A stretch of DNA of 64,000 nt from Squalus acanthias (lineage: Eukaryota): positions 61,630,001-61,694,000 of the forward strand of contig CM059432.1 in the NCBI GenBank assembly GCA_030390025.1. Reading direction: 5' to 3'. The notes under the pieces were generated by a model that saw nothing but the letters and a program-made list of their open reading frames with translations, did not search any database and was not told where the DNA came from. Below, in pieces: positions 37,369 to 50,010 of the stretch. How positions within the stretch are numbered: the first letter of the stretch is position 1; each line of letters starts with the position of its first letter. A program made the position numbers and the translations under genes.

Positions 37369-39206
37369 AATACCAAGAGGAAAAGACTGGTGAAAACCAA
37401 AGTTGGTCCATTGCAGTCAGATACGGGGGAATATATAATGGGAAATAAGGAAATGGCAGACCAACTAAATGCATACTTTGGGTCAGTCTTTACGAAGGAA
37501 GACACAAAAAACCTCCCTGGGATATCGGGAAAAATAGGGACATTGGCAAAGGAGGAACTGACGCAAATCAATATCTCTAAGGATATGGTGTTAAGGAAGC
37601 TAAAGGGATTGAAGGCGGACAAATCCCCAGGGCCTGATAACATGCATCCTAGGGTACTGAAGGAGGTGGCCCTAGAGATAGCGGATGCACTAAGCATGAT
37701 TTTTCAGAATTCATTAGACTCGGGAACAGTGCCCATGGATTGGAGGGTAGCTAACGTTACCCCACTATTCAAAAAGGGGGGTAGGGAAAAAGCAGGTAAT
37801 TACAGACCTGTAAGCCTTACATCAGTTGTGGGCAAAATGCTGGAGTCCATCATTAAGGATGAAATAGCCGAGCACTTAGCAAATGGGGACAGGATAGGAC
37901 AGAGTCAACATGGATTTACAAAGGGTAAATCGTGCTTGACTAATCTATTGGAATTTTTTGAGGGAGTAACTGGTAAAATAGATGGGGGAGAGCCAGTAGA
38001 TGTGGTGTACCTGGACTTCCAAAAGGCCTTCGATAAGGTCCCACATAAAAGATTAGCATGGAAAATTGAAGCTCATGGGATAAAGGGGAAAGTATTGACG
38101 TGGATAGAGAACTGGCTGTCAGATAGAAAACAGAGAGTTGGAATAAACGGCTCATTTTCTGAATGGCAGGCAGTAACAAGTGGGGTACCACAGGGATCTG
38201 TCCTGGGTCCCCAGCTGTTCACAATTTATATTAATGACCTGGATCAGGGAGTCGAATGCAGCATTTCCAAATTTGCAGACGACACTAAACTAGGAGGGGG
38301 GGTGGGCTCAGAGGAGGAGACCAGGAAGCTCCAGAGCGATTTGGACAGACTGGGTGATTGGGCGGATAAATGGCAGATGCACTATAATGTGGACAAGTGC
38401 GAAGTTATCCACCTTGGGTGCAGGAACGGGAGGGCAAATTATTATTTAAATGGCAATAAATTGGGAGAGGGGGAAGTACAGAGAGACCTGGGTGTTCTTG
38501 TACACCAGTCACTGAAGGCGAGCATGCAGGTGCAACAGGCGGTCAAGAAGGCAAACGGTATGCTGGCCTTCATAGCAAAAGGGTTGGAATACAGGAACAG
38601 GGATACCTTGCTGCAGCTGTACAGGGCACTGGTGAGACCACACCTCGAGTACTGTGTACAGTTTTGGTCGCCTCATCTGAGGAAAGATGTTCTTGCCATG
38701 GAGGGGGTGCAGCGGCGATTCACCAGGCTGATACCAGGAATGGCGGGATTGACCTATGAGGAGAGACTATGTAGTTTAGGGATGTACACACTGGAGTTTA
38801 GAAGATTGAGAGGGGACCTCATAGAAGTGTATAAAATTCTGACAGGTCTAGACAGATTAGATGCAGAAGGAATGTTTCCCTTGGCGGGTGAGAACAGAAC
38901 TAGAGGACATAATTTAAGGATAAGGGCTAAACCATTTAGGACAGAAATGAGGGGGAATTTCTTCACTCAGAGAGTGGTGAACCTGTGGAACTCATTGCCA
39001 CAGAGGGCAGTGTACGCCAGCTCATTAAATATATTTAAGAGGGAATTAGATATATTTCTACAGGCAAAAGGGGTTAAGGGTTACGGAGAGAAGGCGGGGA
39101 CGGGATACTGAATTGAAGGATCAGCCATGATCTCATTAAATGGCGGAGCAGGCTCGAAGGGCCGGATGGCCTACTCCTGCTCCTATCTTCTATGTATCTA
39201 TGTATA
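37369..39206 (+). mobile_element. Young 5'-truncated CR1 with an uninterrupted RT reading frame
   Basis: ORF 37303..39111 is open for about 580 CR1-derived codons to the natural stop; 3' hairpin and (TCTATGTA)n tail. Confidence 0.93.
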
Positions 39207-40709
39207 CCCTCCATGGCCTCGCCCCTCCCCATCTCTACAACCTCCTCCAGCCCTCCAACCCTTTGTGAGCTCTGCGCTCCTCCAATTCTGGCCTATTGTG
39301 CATCCCCGATTTCCTAAGCTCCACCATTGGTGACCGTGCCTTCATCTGTCTTAAGCTGCAAGCTCTGGAATTCCCTCCCTAAATCTCTCCACCTCTCTAT
39401 CTTTCTCTCCTTTTAAACACTCCTTAAAACCTACCTCTCTGACCAAGCTTTTGGTCAGCTGTCCTAAAATCTCCTTAAGTGGCTCGGTGTCAAATTTTGT
39501 CTGGAAACGCTGCTGTGAAGTTCCTTGGGACGTTTTACTATGTTAAAGGTGCTATATTAATGCAAATTGTTGTTGTTATAGATTAAAAGTATGGGACATG
39601 AATGGAATTGGATTAGTAGAGGAATACTTAGAAAAACACCAGGGAATATATCATTTTCAATGTCGAGATAATGTGACAAATGAATTAAAAAAGCTAGTAG
39701 AAAGCTAGGACATATAGCCAGAAAAGTTGGACACCTATCTACAGAGTTATGCTAAGGTTTTGAAATTCATTAGTCAGGCACAGTTTTGGTCAGTTTTGTT
39801 CAACATGTCATAAATAAGGATTTACTTTTATTTGAAAGGATACCGAAAAATGTAGTAACACCAGAGTAGCTTCTCCTTAAAGTCTTTGAATTCCCTTGAG
39901 GGTCTGCCATACTCTTGTTTTCACTCCAGCAGGACTCTGGCAGAACCAACTGGAAAATGGCAGGGATCCGGTTTTTGTCAGGTTTTCACCAATCCCTGAT
40001 TTCCCAGTTGGCCTTGTAAAAGGTGCTTTAGAAGGCCGGTGATGTTGGGGTGGTATGGGGTGGAGCTGGGGGCAGGGATTCTATGCGCCAGGAGTTCTCA
40101 CTTCATCGGCTCAGGCATGACCCAGCGTAGGAGTGGAGGCTGGTAGGCTGAGAGTGATGAGGTGTACACACCTCCAGATAGGTACAAGTGGGCCCTACTG
40201 GGCTGGGAGTAGCATTCAGTCCAGTCCAGTCCAGGGAAAATCTAGATCAGCCCTCTTACACAGGAGGCTGTGGGGATGGTAAATAGGCTCTTGAGTGGGG
40301 GGACTAGGCAACCACCCTGGAGGGTATCAGTGGGCATGATCCTGGCGTAACCGCCAAGATCGCTGTCCGCGGATTTTCGAGGCCATGGTGATTATGTGGG
40401 GACCACGTCAATGTGTGTGGAATATTATTAAATGGTATGGATTAATCAGGTTAAGAATTAATACTTCAAAGTAATCCAGAGGACATAATTGGAAGTTACT
40501 GCAAAGTAAATTTAAAATGGATATATATCAGAAACAACTTTGCTTAGTGATCAGTGTTTGGAATAATTTACCAAGCAAGATAACAGAGGCAAAAACATTG
40601 AGGTATTCAAAATACAGCTGGATATCTTGATAATGGAATTAATTTATTAATTAGAGGGCTGAGCTTAATTGGACTAAATGGACTTTTCGTATATCTGCCT
40701 TCTCCAAGA

Positions 40710-41363
40710 TCGCACAGAAAAGTACAGATGAGAAAGGCCATTCAGCTCAACCAGTTCATCCTTCCCGAGAAACCTATGGTCCCACCATCAGCACATCCAA
40801 CTGCCTCATGAATGATTCCAGAATTTTTGGCAACAATACCCTACCCAGAAGACCCTTCCAACTGTTAATCACTCTTTGTGTGAAAAATTGTTTCTTGACA
40901 TCAGTCCTGACCTTGGCTTTGTACCTACATCCTCTACACGCTGAAGATTAACCGCTTCTATTCAACTTTGTATCTTAGCTACCCGCATAAGGCTACTTCT
41001 CATTCACTAATTTCAAGGCTCAAGATTTGGGTTTCCCAACATTTCATTAAAACTGAGTCATCTGATTCTAGCAATCATTTTTGTGGCCTTTTTCTGCTTC
41101 CACGCATGGTTATTTCCCTTCTACTTTGGTGACCAGCACTGAACGAGTACTTCAGGTGCAGCCTGACCAGACACTAGACAGTTTTAGCATGACTGCCTCA
41201 GACATACTCTATGATTAGGCAATACAGCGCCACATTCTGTTTGCTTTGTTGATGGCTGCTCTATAATCATTGGATATAGTAAGCTTTTATTTCATATTAC
41301 TCCTAGAACTCTCTCCCTAGTATGTTCGACACCATTCATTGAGTAGGTATGCTCCCCATTGTA
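40710..41363 (-). mobile_element. Old CR1 3' fragment
   Basis: Degenerate LVRLHLKYSFSAG (RPHLEYC-like) and FFTQRVIN.W on the - strand. Confidence 0.65.
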
Positions 41364-42734
41364 TAATTGTTCACCATCATTCACGACTGGATGTGGCAGG
41401 ACTGCAGAGCTTTGATCTGATCCATTGATTGTGGGATCGCTTAGCTCTGTCTATAGCATGCTGCTTCCGCTGTTTAGCATGCATGTAGTCCTGTGTTGCA
41501 GCTTCCCCAGGTTGGCACCTCATTTTTAAGTACGCCTGGTGCTGCTCCTGGCATGCTCTTCCACACTCCTCATTGAACAAGGGTTGGTCCCCTGGCTTTT
41601 TGGTAATGGTACAGTGAGGGATATGAGGTTACAGATTGTGATGGAATACAATTCAGCTGCTGCTGATGGCCCACAGCACCTCATGGATGCCCAGTTTTGA
41701 GCTGCTAGATCTGTTCTGAATCTATCTCATTTGGCATGGTTATACACAACACGATAGAGAGTGTCCTCAGTGTGAGGACGGGACTTTGTCTCCACAAGGA
41801 CTGTGCGGTGGTCACTCCTACCAATACTGTCATGGACAGATGCATTTGTGACAGGTAGATTGGTGAGGACGAGGTCAAGTACGTTTTTCCCTCGTGTTGG
41901 TTCTCTCACCACCTGCTAAAGGCCCAGACTGGCAGTTATGTCCTTCAGGACTTGGCCAGCTCGGTCTGTAGTGGTGCTACCGAGCCACTCTTGGTGATGG
42001 GCATTGAAGTCCCCCACCCAGAGTGCATATTGTATACCACCGTGCTGCCACCTCTGGTGGCGGGACAGGACATACCCAGGGATGGTGATGGAGGAGCCTG
42101 GGACATTAGCTGAAAGGTATGATTCTGTGAATATGTCAGGCTGTTGCTTGACTAGTCTGTGGGACAGCTCTCCCAATTTTGGCACAAGTCCCCAGATGTT
42201 AGTGAGGAGTACTTCGCAGGGTCGACTGGGCTGAGTGTGCCTTTGTTGTGTTCGGTGCCTGGGTCGATGCCGGGTGGTGTGTCCGGTTTTATTGTTTGTA
42301 TACTTCTTTGTAGCGGCGTGGAAGCAGAAAAAGGCCACAAAATGATTGCTAGAATCAGATGACTCAGTTTTAAGGAAATGTTGGGAAACCCAAATCTTGA
42401 GCCTTGAAATTAGTGAATGAGAAGTAGGAGTGGCTTGCCAGACCATTTCAGAGGGCAGTTAAGAGTCAGCCACATTGCTGTGGATCTGGAGTCACATATA
42501 GGCCAGACCAGGTAAGGACGGCAGATTTCCTTCCCTAAAGGACATTAGTAAACCAGACGGGTTTTTATGACAATCCGGTAGTTTCATGGACTTGTGCCAA
42601 AATACTAGCTTTTCTTTATTCAAGACTCATTAATTAATTGAATTTAAATTCCCCAGCTGCCGTGGTGGGATTTGAACTCGTGTCCCCGGGTTACGATTAC
42701 GAGTTCAGTAACTAAACCATTATGCTGCCGTACC
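41364..42734 (-). mobile_element. 5' part of an RTE/RTEX-like LINE with a tRNA-like head
   Basis: APE motifs NIWGL..PDIFTESYL, VGDFNAHH, LDLVLTN and SDHRTV; A box CAGCATAATGG and B box GAGTTCAAATCC at the 5' end. Confidence 0.85.
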
Positions 42735-44025
42735 TACTAGGGTAGCTACTAATGTTGCCTCCAGTATTTTCTTATGGGAACAGTCATGTGTTTGCTCGTT
42801 CAGTCAGGAAATGGTTTGTGGTATGGGAAAGATCTAAAGATGGGGAGCAAATATTAAGAAACTGGAGTTACAACATATAAAGAAGAGGGCCAAAAAGCTG
42901 TGGTCCTTCTGACACACTCCTATTGTAAGTCCTGCCTTCCTCACTGGCTTCTGCGTGGACTTGTTTGGAGCACAGTTTCCATCCACCCCAGAAGTGGCAT
43001 GGCTAGGGGCGAGAGCTCCCAGGGCAGAGGTTTCCTTATCTCCAACCTGATGGACCAGTATGCCCAGTGAATGCAAGTGTACCAGCCTGTAGGCCAGTAT
43101 ATGTCAAACCTAACTCGGGGTCGTTGCCTGGACCCCAGAATATTTTAAAAAGTTTTCAAGTATTTTTCAGCTCTCTTTTAAAGCCGATGGGACATCTTTC
43201 TGCGAGGACCCCAGCAACCACTGCAGCCGCCCCCCCCCCCCCCCCCGCCACTCCCAGAGCAGGCTGCCATTGCTGCAGTTTATGGCCACCACGCACTGCC
43301 AGGTACCTGACATGTGGGGCAGGTGCCGACTCAGATTATTAAAATTAGGACACCACCTCTTGGTGGACTCCGGCGGAATCAGCACCAGAAGTTCCCTCTA
43401 GGGTTATCAACCCTCCCGGTTTGCCCAGGAGCGGACCCAAATGGAAGATTGATCTGCTGGGTACTGTTGCTAGCAACCCGGGAGAAAATAACTTCACATT
43501 CGCGCTTCGTGCACTTTCATTTCTCCAATTGCCTCCAGCAATACCTGAAGTAAGTCGGAATGCGGTCGACATGCTGCCGCCAACGACTGGACATACCTCC
43601 ACTTTATCAACAAGCAGGTGAGGCTGGTGCGGGTCTACCTGCCTAATGGCTCGTGCATTGACAGGCCATTCCTAAATTTCATCAAGGCAATGCTGACCTC
43701 CCTGTTGCTCAGAGACGAGAGGGTTCCGGGGGCTGGCCTTCCATCTACTCAATCTACATAAAGAAGAGTTTCAGTTCCTGACAAACAATAGGAACACTTC
43801 AGAAAGGCAACACAACTCTTCTTAAAGGGACAATGTATATGTAAATAGCCCAGTATTTAAAGGGAAATTCCTCTTCCCCCCCACTATAATAATACTCCTT
43901 CTCAAGAGAATTTTTATTTGTTTTTCATCTCCTGAAGTCATTGAGGTGTGGTTCCCCTGGTGTTGACTCTCACTGGGGTACGGTGGCCCCCAACCCGCTG
44001 AATATCGCTGGCCTATGGTTCTATT

Positions 44026-46007
44026 GGCGTTGACTCTCACTGGGGTACAGTTCCCCTGGCACTGACTCTCACTGGGGTACAGTCCCCTGGCACTGACTCT
44101 CACTGGGGTACAGTCCCCTGGCACTGACTCTCACTGGGGTACAGTTTCCAGGCACTGACTCTCACTGGGGTACAGTCCCCTGGCACTGACTCTCACTGGG
44201 GTACAGTTTCCCTGGCACTGACTCTCACTGGGGTACAGTTTCCAGGCACTGACTCTCACTGGGGTACAGTCCCCTGGCACTGACTCTCACTGGGGTACAG
44301 TTTCCCTGGCACTGACTCTCACTGGGGTACAGTTTCCAGGCACTGACTCTCACTGGGGTACAGTCCCCTGGCACTGACTCTCACTGGGGTACAGTTTCCC
44401 AGGCACTGACTCTCACTGGGGTACAGTTTCCCAAGCACTGACTCTCACTGGGGTACAGTTTCCCAGGCACTGACTCTCACTGGGGTACAGTTTCCCTGGC
44501 ACTGACTCTCACTGGGGTACAGTTACCCTGGCACTGACTCTCACTGGGGTACAATTACCCTGACACTGACTCTCACTGGGGTAGGGGTTCCCCTGGCACT
44601 GACTCTCACTGGGGTACAGTTTCCCTGGCACTGACTCTCACTGGGGTACAGTCCCCTGGCACTGACTCTCACTGGGGTACAGTTTCCCAGGCACTGACTC
44701 TCACTGGGGTACAGTTTCCCTGGCACTGACTCTCACTGGGGTACAGTTACCCTGGCACTGACTCTCACTGGGGTACAATTACCCTGACACTGACTCTCAC
44801 TGGGGTAGGGGTTCCCCTGGCACTGACTCTCACTGGGGTACAGTTTCCCTGGCACTGACTCTCACTGGGGTACAGTCCCCTGGCACTGACTCTCACTGGG
44901 GTACAGTTTCCAGGCACTGACTCTCACTGGGGTACAGTTTCCAGGCACTGACTCTCACTGGGGTACAGTTTCCAGGCACTGACTCTCACTGGGGTACAGT
45001 CCCCTGACACTGACTCTCACTGGGGTACAGTTTCCAGGCACTGACTCTCACTGGGGTACAGTTTCCAGGCACTGACTCTCACTGGGGTACAGTTTCCAGG
45101 CACTGACTCTCACTGGGGTACAGTTTCCAGGCACTGACTCTCACTGGGGTACAGTTTCCAGGCACTGACTCTCACTGGGGTACAGTCCCCTGGCACTGAC
45201 TCTCACTGGGGTACAGTTTCCCTGGCACTGACTCTCACTGGGGTACAGTTACCCTGGCACTGACTCTCACTGGGGTACAATTACCCTGACACTGACTCTC
45301 ACTGGGGTAGGGGTTCCCCTGGCACTGACTCTCTCTGGGGTACAGTTACCCTGACACTGACTCTCACTGGGGTAGGGGTTCCCCTGGCACTCACTCTCAC
45401 TGGGGTACAGTCCCCAGGCACTGACTCTCACTGGGATACAGTCCCCATGGCACTGACTCTCACTGGGGTACAGTCCCCAGGCACTGACTCTCACTGGGGT
45501 ACAGTTCCCCTGTCACTGAGTCTCACTGGGGTACAGTCCCCATGGCACTGACTCTCACTGGGGTACAGTCCCCAGGCACTGACTCTCACTGGGGTACAGT
45601 CCCCATGGCACTGACTCTCACTGGGGTACAGTCCCCTGGCACTGACTCTCACTGGGGTACAGTCCCCATGGCACTGACTCTCACTGGGGTACAGTCCCCT
45701 GGCACTGACTCTCACTGGGGTACAGTTTCCCAGGCACTGACTCTCACTGGGGTACAGTCCCCTGGCACTGACTCTCACTGGGGTACAGTCCCCTGGCACT
45801 GACTCTCACTGGGATACAGTTACCCTGACACTGACTCTCACTGGGGTACAGTCCCCTGGCACTGACTCTCACTGGTGTACAGTCCCCTGGCACTGAGTCT
45901 CACTGGGGTACAGTTCTCCTGGCACTGACTCTCACTGGGGTACAGTTCCCCTGTCACTGACTCTCACTGGGGTACAGTTCCCCTGTCACTGAGTCTCACT
46001 GGGGTAC
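44026..46007. repeat. Minisatellite, 31-33 bp unit (GGCACTGACTCTCACTGGGGTACAGTCCCCT and variants), about 60 copies
   Basis: Directly visible; one diverged outlying unit at ~43955-43981. Confidence 0.97.
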
Positions 46008-46061
46008 GATTCCACAGGCGCCAGCTGGCCCGAGTGGCCAGTCATGTGTGAGCCCAGGCAA

Positions 46062-46121
46062 TGTCACGTGATCAAATGACACGTGATTAAATGTCATGTA
46101 ATCACCTGTCATGTGATTGAA
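46062..46121. promoter_or_regulatory. Four tandem 15-bp E-box/M-box-like units
   Basis: TGTCACGTGATCAAA TGACACGTGATTAAA TGTCATGTAATCACC TGTCATGTGATTGAA. Function not shown. Confidence 0.35.
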
Positions 46122-46334
46122 TCTCCAGGAATACATTCAACTAGAGTTCGCTCCCAGCAAATGCATTCCTGCACCTATGCCAAGATGTTGCTCCCTGAAA
46201 AATCTTGGGGCAAAGTACTCCCAGAAAATTAACACCTTCTTAAAGCAGTCTTAAAAATTGAGAAAAAGAGGCCTGTGGTGATACCTGTGTTAGAACAGAT
46301 GTACATAATGTAATAAAATGCAGATTTGATCTCC

Positions 46335-46770
46335 CACTCAGGAAAGATTGAACAGGCTGAGGCTCTTTTCTCTAAGGAAGCGAGAACTGAGGGGTGACCT
46401 GATAGAGGTCTTTAAGATTATGGAAGAGTTTGATAGGGTAAACGTAGAGCTGATGTTTCCACTTGTGGGGGCGAGACCAGAACTAGGGGCCATAAATATA
46501 AGATAGTCACTAATAAATCCAATAGGGAATTCAGGAGAAACATCTTTACCCAGAGAGAGGTTAGAATGTGGAACTCGTTGCTGCAAGGAGTAATTGAGCC
46601 AAATAGCATAGATGCATTTAAGGGGAAGCTAGATAAACACATGAGGAGAAAGGAATAGAAGGATATGTTGATGTGGTTAGATGAAGAAGGGTGGGAAGAG
46701 GCTCGTGTGGAGCATAAACACTAGCACTGACCTGTTGGACCGAATGGCCTGTTTCTGTGCTGTAAAAATA
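46335..46770 (+). mobile_element. CR1 3' fragment
   Basis: LRGDLIEVFKIM...VRMWNSL and a 3' tail. Confidence 0.8.
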
Positions 46771-47517
46771 CTATTTAAAACCATAATGTTCTTAACCCCC
46801 ATCCAGAGGCAGCAACCTTCCTGTAGAATGCCATCTTGGATAACTATGATGCTTGATTATTCAAAACACCTGTTACTGTTTGAAGGAGGGGGGAACAGAG
46901 GACTGAGGGGCTGAAAGGTGCTTTCATGAAATGTAATTTAGTCATACAGCTGTGTTATATTGCTTCAACAATAGCAAATCAAACTTTGTGATGTTCGGAG
47001 AAATTGGACTGTGATCTCTAATTATATCAACAATTGGTCATATCCCAGATTTATTACACATTTTCAAATTTTGTATTTTCAAATGCAGAGTGATGCAATT
47101 CAGTACAAAAATGCCTTTCAATGGTACATCCCAGCTGCAGCTCTGTTCCTACAGTAGACAGACACGACAGATGCACTTTCTCCAAAGAGCTATCTGTAAA
47201 CATCAATAGTTCTCAATAATTAATCACTTTGGTTACAGCAGAAGCTTCTTTTGGCTAATTAAACTAAAACCATTCTCAAAATTCACACCAGACATCTGTG
47301 ACTTTGTTGCAACATTGGACAGCACCAGTTTGCACAGAATAGTTTTGTTACAGGATAATGTTTCTCCAGCCAGAGTTGCATAGGCGAATATAGTCTGGTC
47401 CCACACAGTTCACCTATCTGTTGGGGATACTTTACAATACCCTTAATGAATTCGCTTCGAAGTAAATAAAACAAGCTTGTGGAGTCTCAGTCGAGTGGTG
47501 AGTTTAAGCAGAACATA

Positions 47518-48252
47518 GGGTTAGCACCTCCCGTTATCACCTCCAGGGGGCAATAACAGGACGCTAACGACTTACCGACGAGGCGTAGCGAGATGAACAA
47601 CACCCCTTAACTTGGCCGAGAGGTTTGCGGCGGCGGTAACACTTTGCGCTACGATCTTCTGCGACCGGAGATTGTGACGTTATTGCCGTGCGTAGTTCCC
47701 TGGACCCGAACTTCAGTTCTAGCCCCCTGCAGCATCGCCGGCCGACAACACTGACAGCTGCAGGAGGCATTGTTCGGGAGGCCGGGAGCTTCGGAGGCGC
47801 AAATAAAAGGGGATGTTGGCGTGGGTAGGAGAAAAATTTTAACAACACTTCAAGTGATTTTTTTTCTATTGCTCCTGGGCTGCGATCGATCAGCCCGGCA
47901 CTCTGCTGGAGTGCATGGGGCTGAATGGGCCGGATCGTGGCTGCCGTCGGGGACCAGCTAACTGTTCCCAATGCAGAGCCTGCAGCGATGGCCCTTCCCT
48001 TTAAGGAAGGGAAGGAGCCTCGGATCGCGGCAGCGCTGCACGGGACATTGTGCAGCGCTACACCACTACTGGTCAGCCTGCGTTCTTTAGCACTCCAGGA
48101 AGGAAGTGGCGTGCTTGATTTAGCACTCCACTTCCTTCTTGCAGCACAAACTCCGAATTTTGTAAAAGCTGGAAATCATTACCGCCTGGCGCCAAGTTTC
48201 CCAGCTTTCAAAAGTTAGCGCCCCAAACAGGGCGATACTGTATTTCTCCGCC
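47518..48252. mobile_element. CpG-rich MITE-like element
   Basis: Abrupt GC/CpG-rich block with internal palindromes (GGCCCTTCCCTTTAAGGAAGGG), ending in a TIR-like ATTTCTCCGCC. Confidence 0.55.
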
Positions 48253-48934
48253 ATTTAGTTTCTGTAATTACCGATGAAGAAAAATAGTCCAGCAATGCAC
48301 ATCCACATGTCTAATTACATTTCCTAAAAGTATGTTAAAATCCCTATGCCCCCCTTTTCTCCAAACAATAACAGATGTTTGGATAATTGACCAGTGTAAA
48401 TAGCTCAAATAGTATTAATGTAATAAAGGATACTGCACAGTTGTTGGGGGCTAAGAACCTTTCTTTCCTTGCTCTGACTGGAAAACTAGTGTGCAACCGT
48501 TACAAAATTAGGTCCTCATTGAACTGAATGAGGGATAGAAAAGATAAGAAAGGAGGTGGAGTGGCAATATTAGGGAAAAATGGAATATATGATGTAGAGA
48601 GGGTTGAGGTAAACAAGAAAGGAGTATAGACAGACTCAATATAGTTGGAGCTGAAAGATTTTTTTAAAGGGCTTGTTACGTTAGTAGGGGAATATTACAG
48701 ACCTTCAAATTGTGGGAAAGAAGTGGAAGAGGAAATCTGTAGTCAGATTAGTCAGGTGAGTAAGAAGAACAAATTATTGCTCTGGGACATTTTAATTATC
48801 CATTTATCGATTGGGACAGAGAGGGAGTAAATCTAGAAAAGGGAATGGAATTCCTAAAATGTGTACAGGATTACCTTTCTCAAGTATGCTAGTAGGCCTA
48901 CAAGGGCGGAGGTGTTGCTAGATCTAGTTATGAA

Positions 48935-49087
48935 CAATGTTCCCTCTAATTTTTTTTTTGCATGCACGACCCATTCAAATTTTCGCACATGTGCAGTTTC
49001 TTCCATTTAAAAGCCGGTGAGCAGGCCTGCACGGGACCTCCAGACCGCTGCCCAGCTACATGGCTGCACAGCTTAGCAGGAACGTAG
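48935..49087. mobile_element. Small hAT-type MITE
   Basis: Ends CAATGTTCCCTCTAA / TTAGCAGGAACGTAG; degenerate 8-bp TSD GTTATGAA / ATTATGCA. A similar start occurs at 63962. Confidence 0.6.
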
Positions 49088-49876
49088 ATTATGCATAATG
49101 AAATAGATTGGGTTGACCATATAAATGTGGGTAAGCACCTTGAGAGTAATGACCACAATATGATGATATTTAAGATCCAAAGAGAAACGGAAAAAGTCAG
49201 TGCAAAAACTAGAACACCAGATTGCATCAGAGTTCAGATTTTAAGATGAGGTGAGGCGGAAGGAGGAATTGGTGCACAGGGCTGTAGAGCAACGGGATGC
49301 TTTTAAAAAGAAGCTTGCTTAAGTACAGAATAAGTATAATTAATTAAAAAGAAGAAAGCTACTAATAATTTTGGGATGCCATGAGTAAACAGAGGTTAGA
49401 AACTAATTAAAATTGAAGAAAAGTGCCAAAGAATAATAACGATGAAAAAAACTAAAGGAGAATGTGAGAAAATAAGAGAGTTAGAGTTGGAAAACAAAGA
49501 GAAAATACCAGGAAAAAAACTCAAAACATCAAAAGGAACAGTAAAATATTTTGTAAGCATATCATTAAAAAGAGTATTGTTAAAAGCGAGGTGGAACCCC
49601 TGAGCTGAGAAGATTGTCAATTTGTAGATGATGATCAAAAAATGGCAGATGTATTTAATAAGTACTTTGGATCAGTCTTTACTACAAAGAAGGAATTTGG
49701 AGAAGAGGTGAATCCTAAATAGTTGAGAGCTAGGAGAGCGATAGTCTGATGGATGAAAGGAAAACTTCAGTTAAGTTAGTCAAGCAAAGGGAGACAAAAT
49801 GCCAGGGCCTGACAGGATACACCCTAGGATCCTGAGGGAGATGAGGAAGGAAATTGCCATGGCCCCAGAAATGATG

Positions 49877-50010
49877 AGGGTGAAATTCAACCTCGGTGGG
49901 GGACGAAAAACGGACGGTAGCACATTGGCCATCCTTAATACACCACGTCCGATTGAAGTCCATGAACTTTCCATTGAAGTCCCCGCCCCACCAATGTTGA
50001 ATTTCACCCC
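49877..50010. mobile_element. 134-bp MITE
   Basis: 25-bp imperfect TIRs (GGGTGAAATTCAACctcGGTGGGG); GAT(G) target duplication. Confidence 0.8.

Larger units (their letters stand above)
34766..39577 (+). mobile_element. L2 LINE 3' fragment in three pieces (34766-34810, 37112-37368, 39207-39577), host to two later insertions
   Basis: The pieces rejoin colinearly (TETLIHAFI.SRFDYSN); (TTG)n tail; TSD ATAGAT at 34760-65 and 39578-83. Confidence 0.8.

Noticed and set aside
37303..39111. Host or domesticated 602-aa RT gene
   Set aside because: The start codons come from the flanking L2. The element is 5'-truncated, lacks the endonuclease and has a normal CR1 tail.
34811..39577. Twin-primed (5'-inverted) single L2 insertion
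   Set aside because: The + strand L2 starts at 34766, left of the - strand copy, and each has its own TSD, so this is nesting.
42660..42734. Functional tRNA gene
   Set aside because: A and B boxes are present but there is no complete cloverleaf; it is the head of a retroelement.
44026..46007. CRISPR-like array (constant repeat plus variable spacer)
   Set aside because: The variable parts are only about 9-11 nt, related to each other and reused. There are no cas genes and the context is a vertebrate intron.
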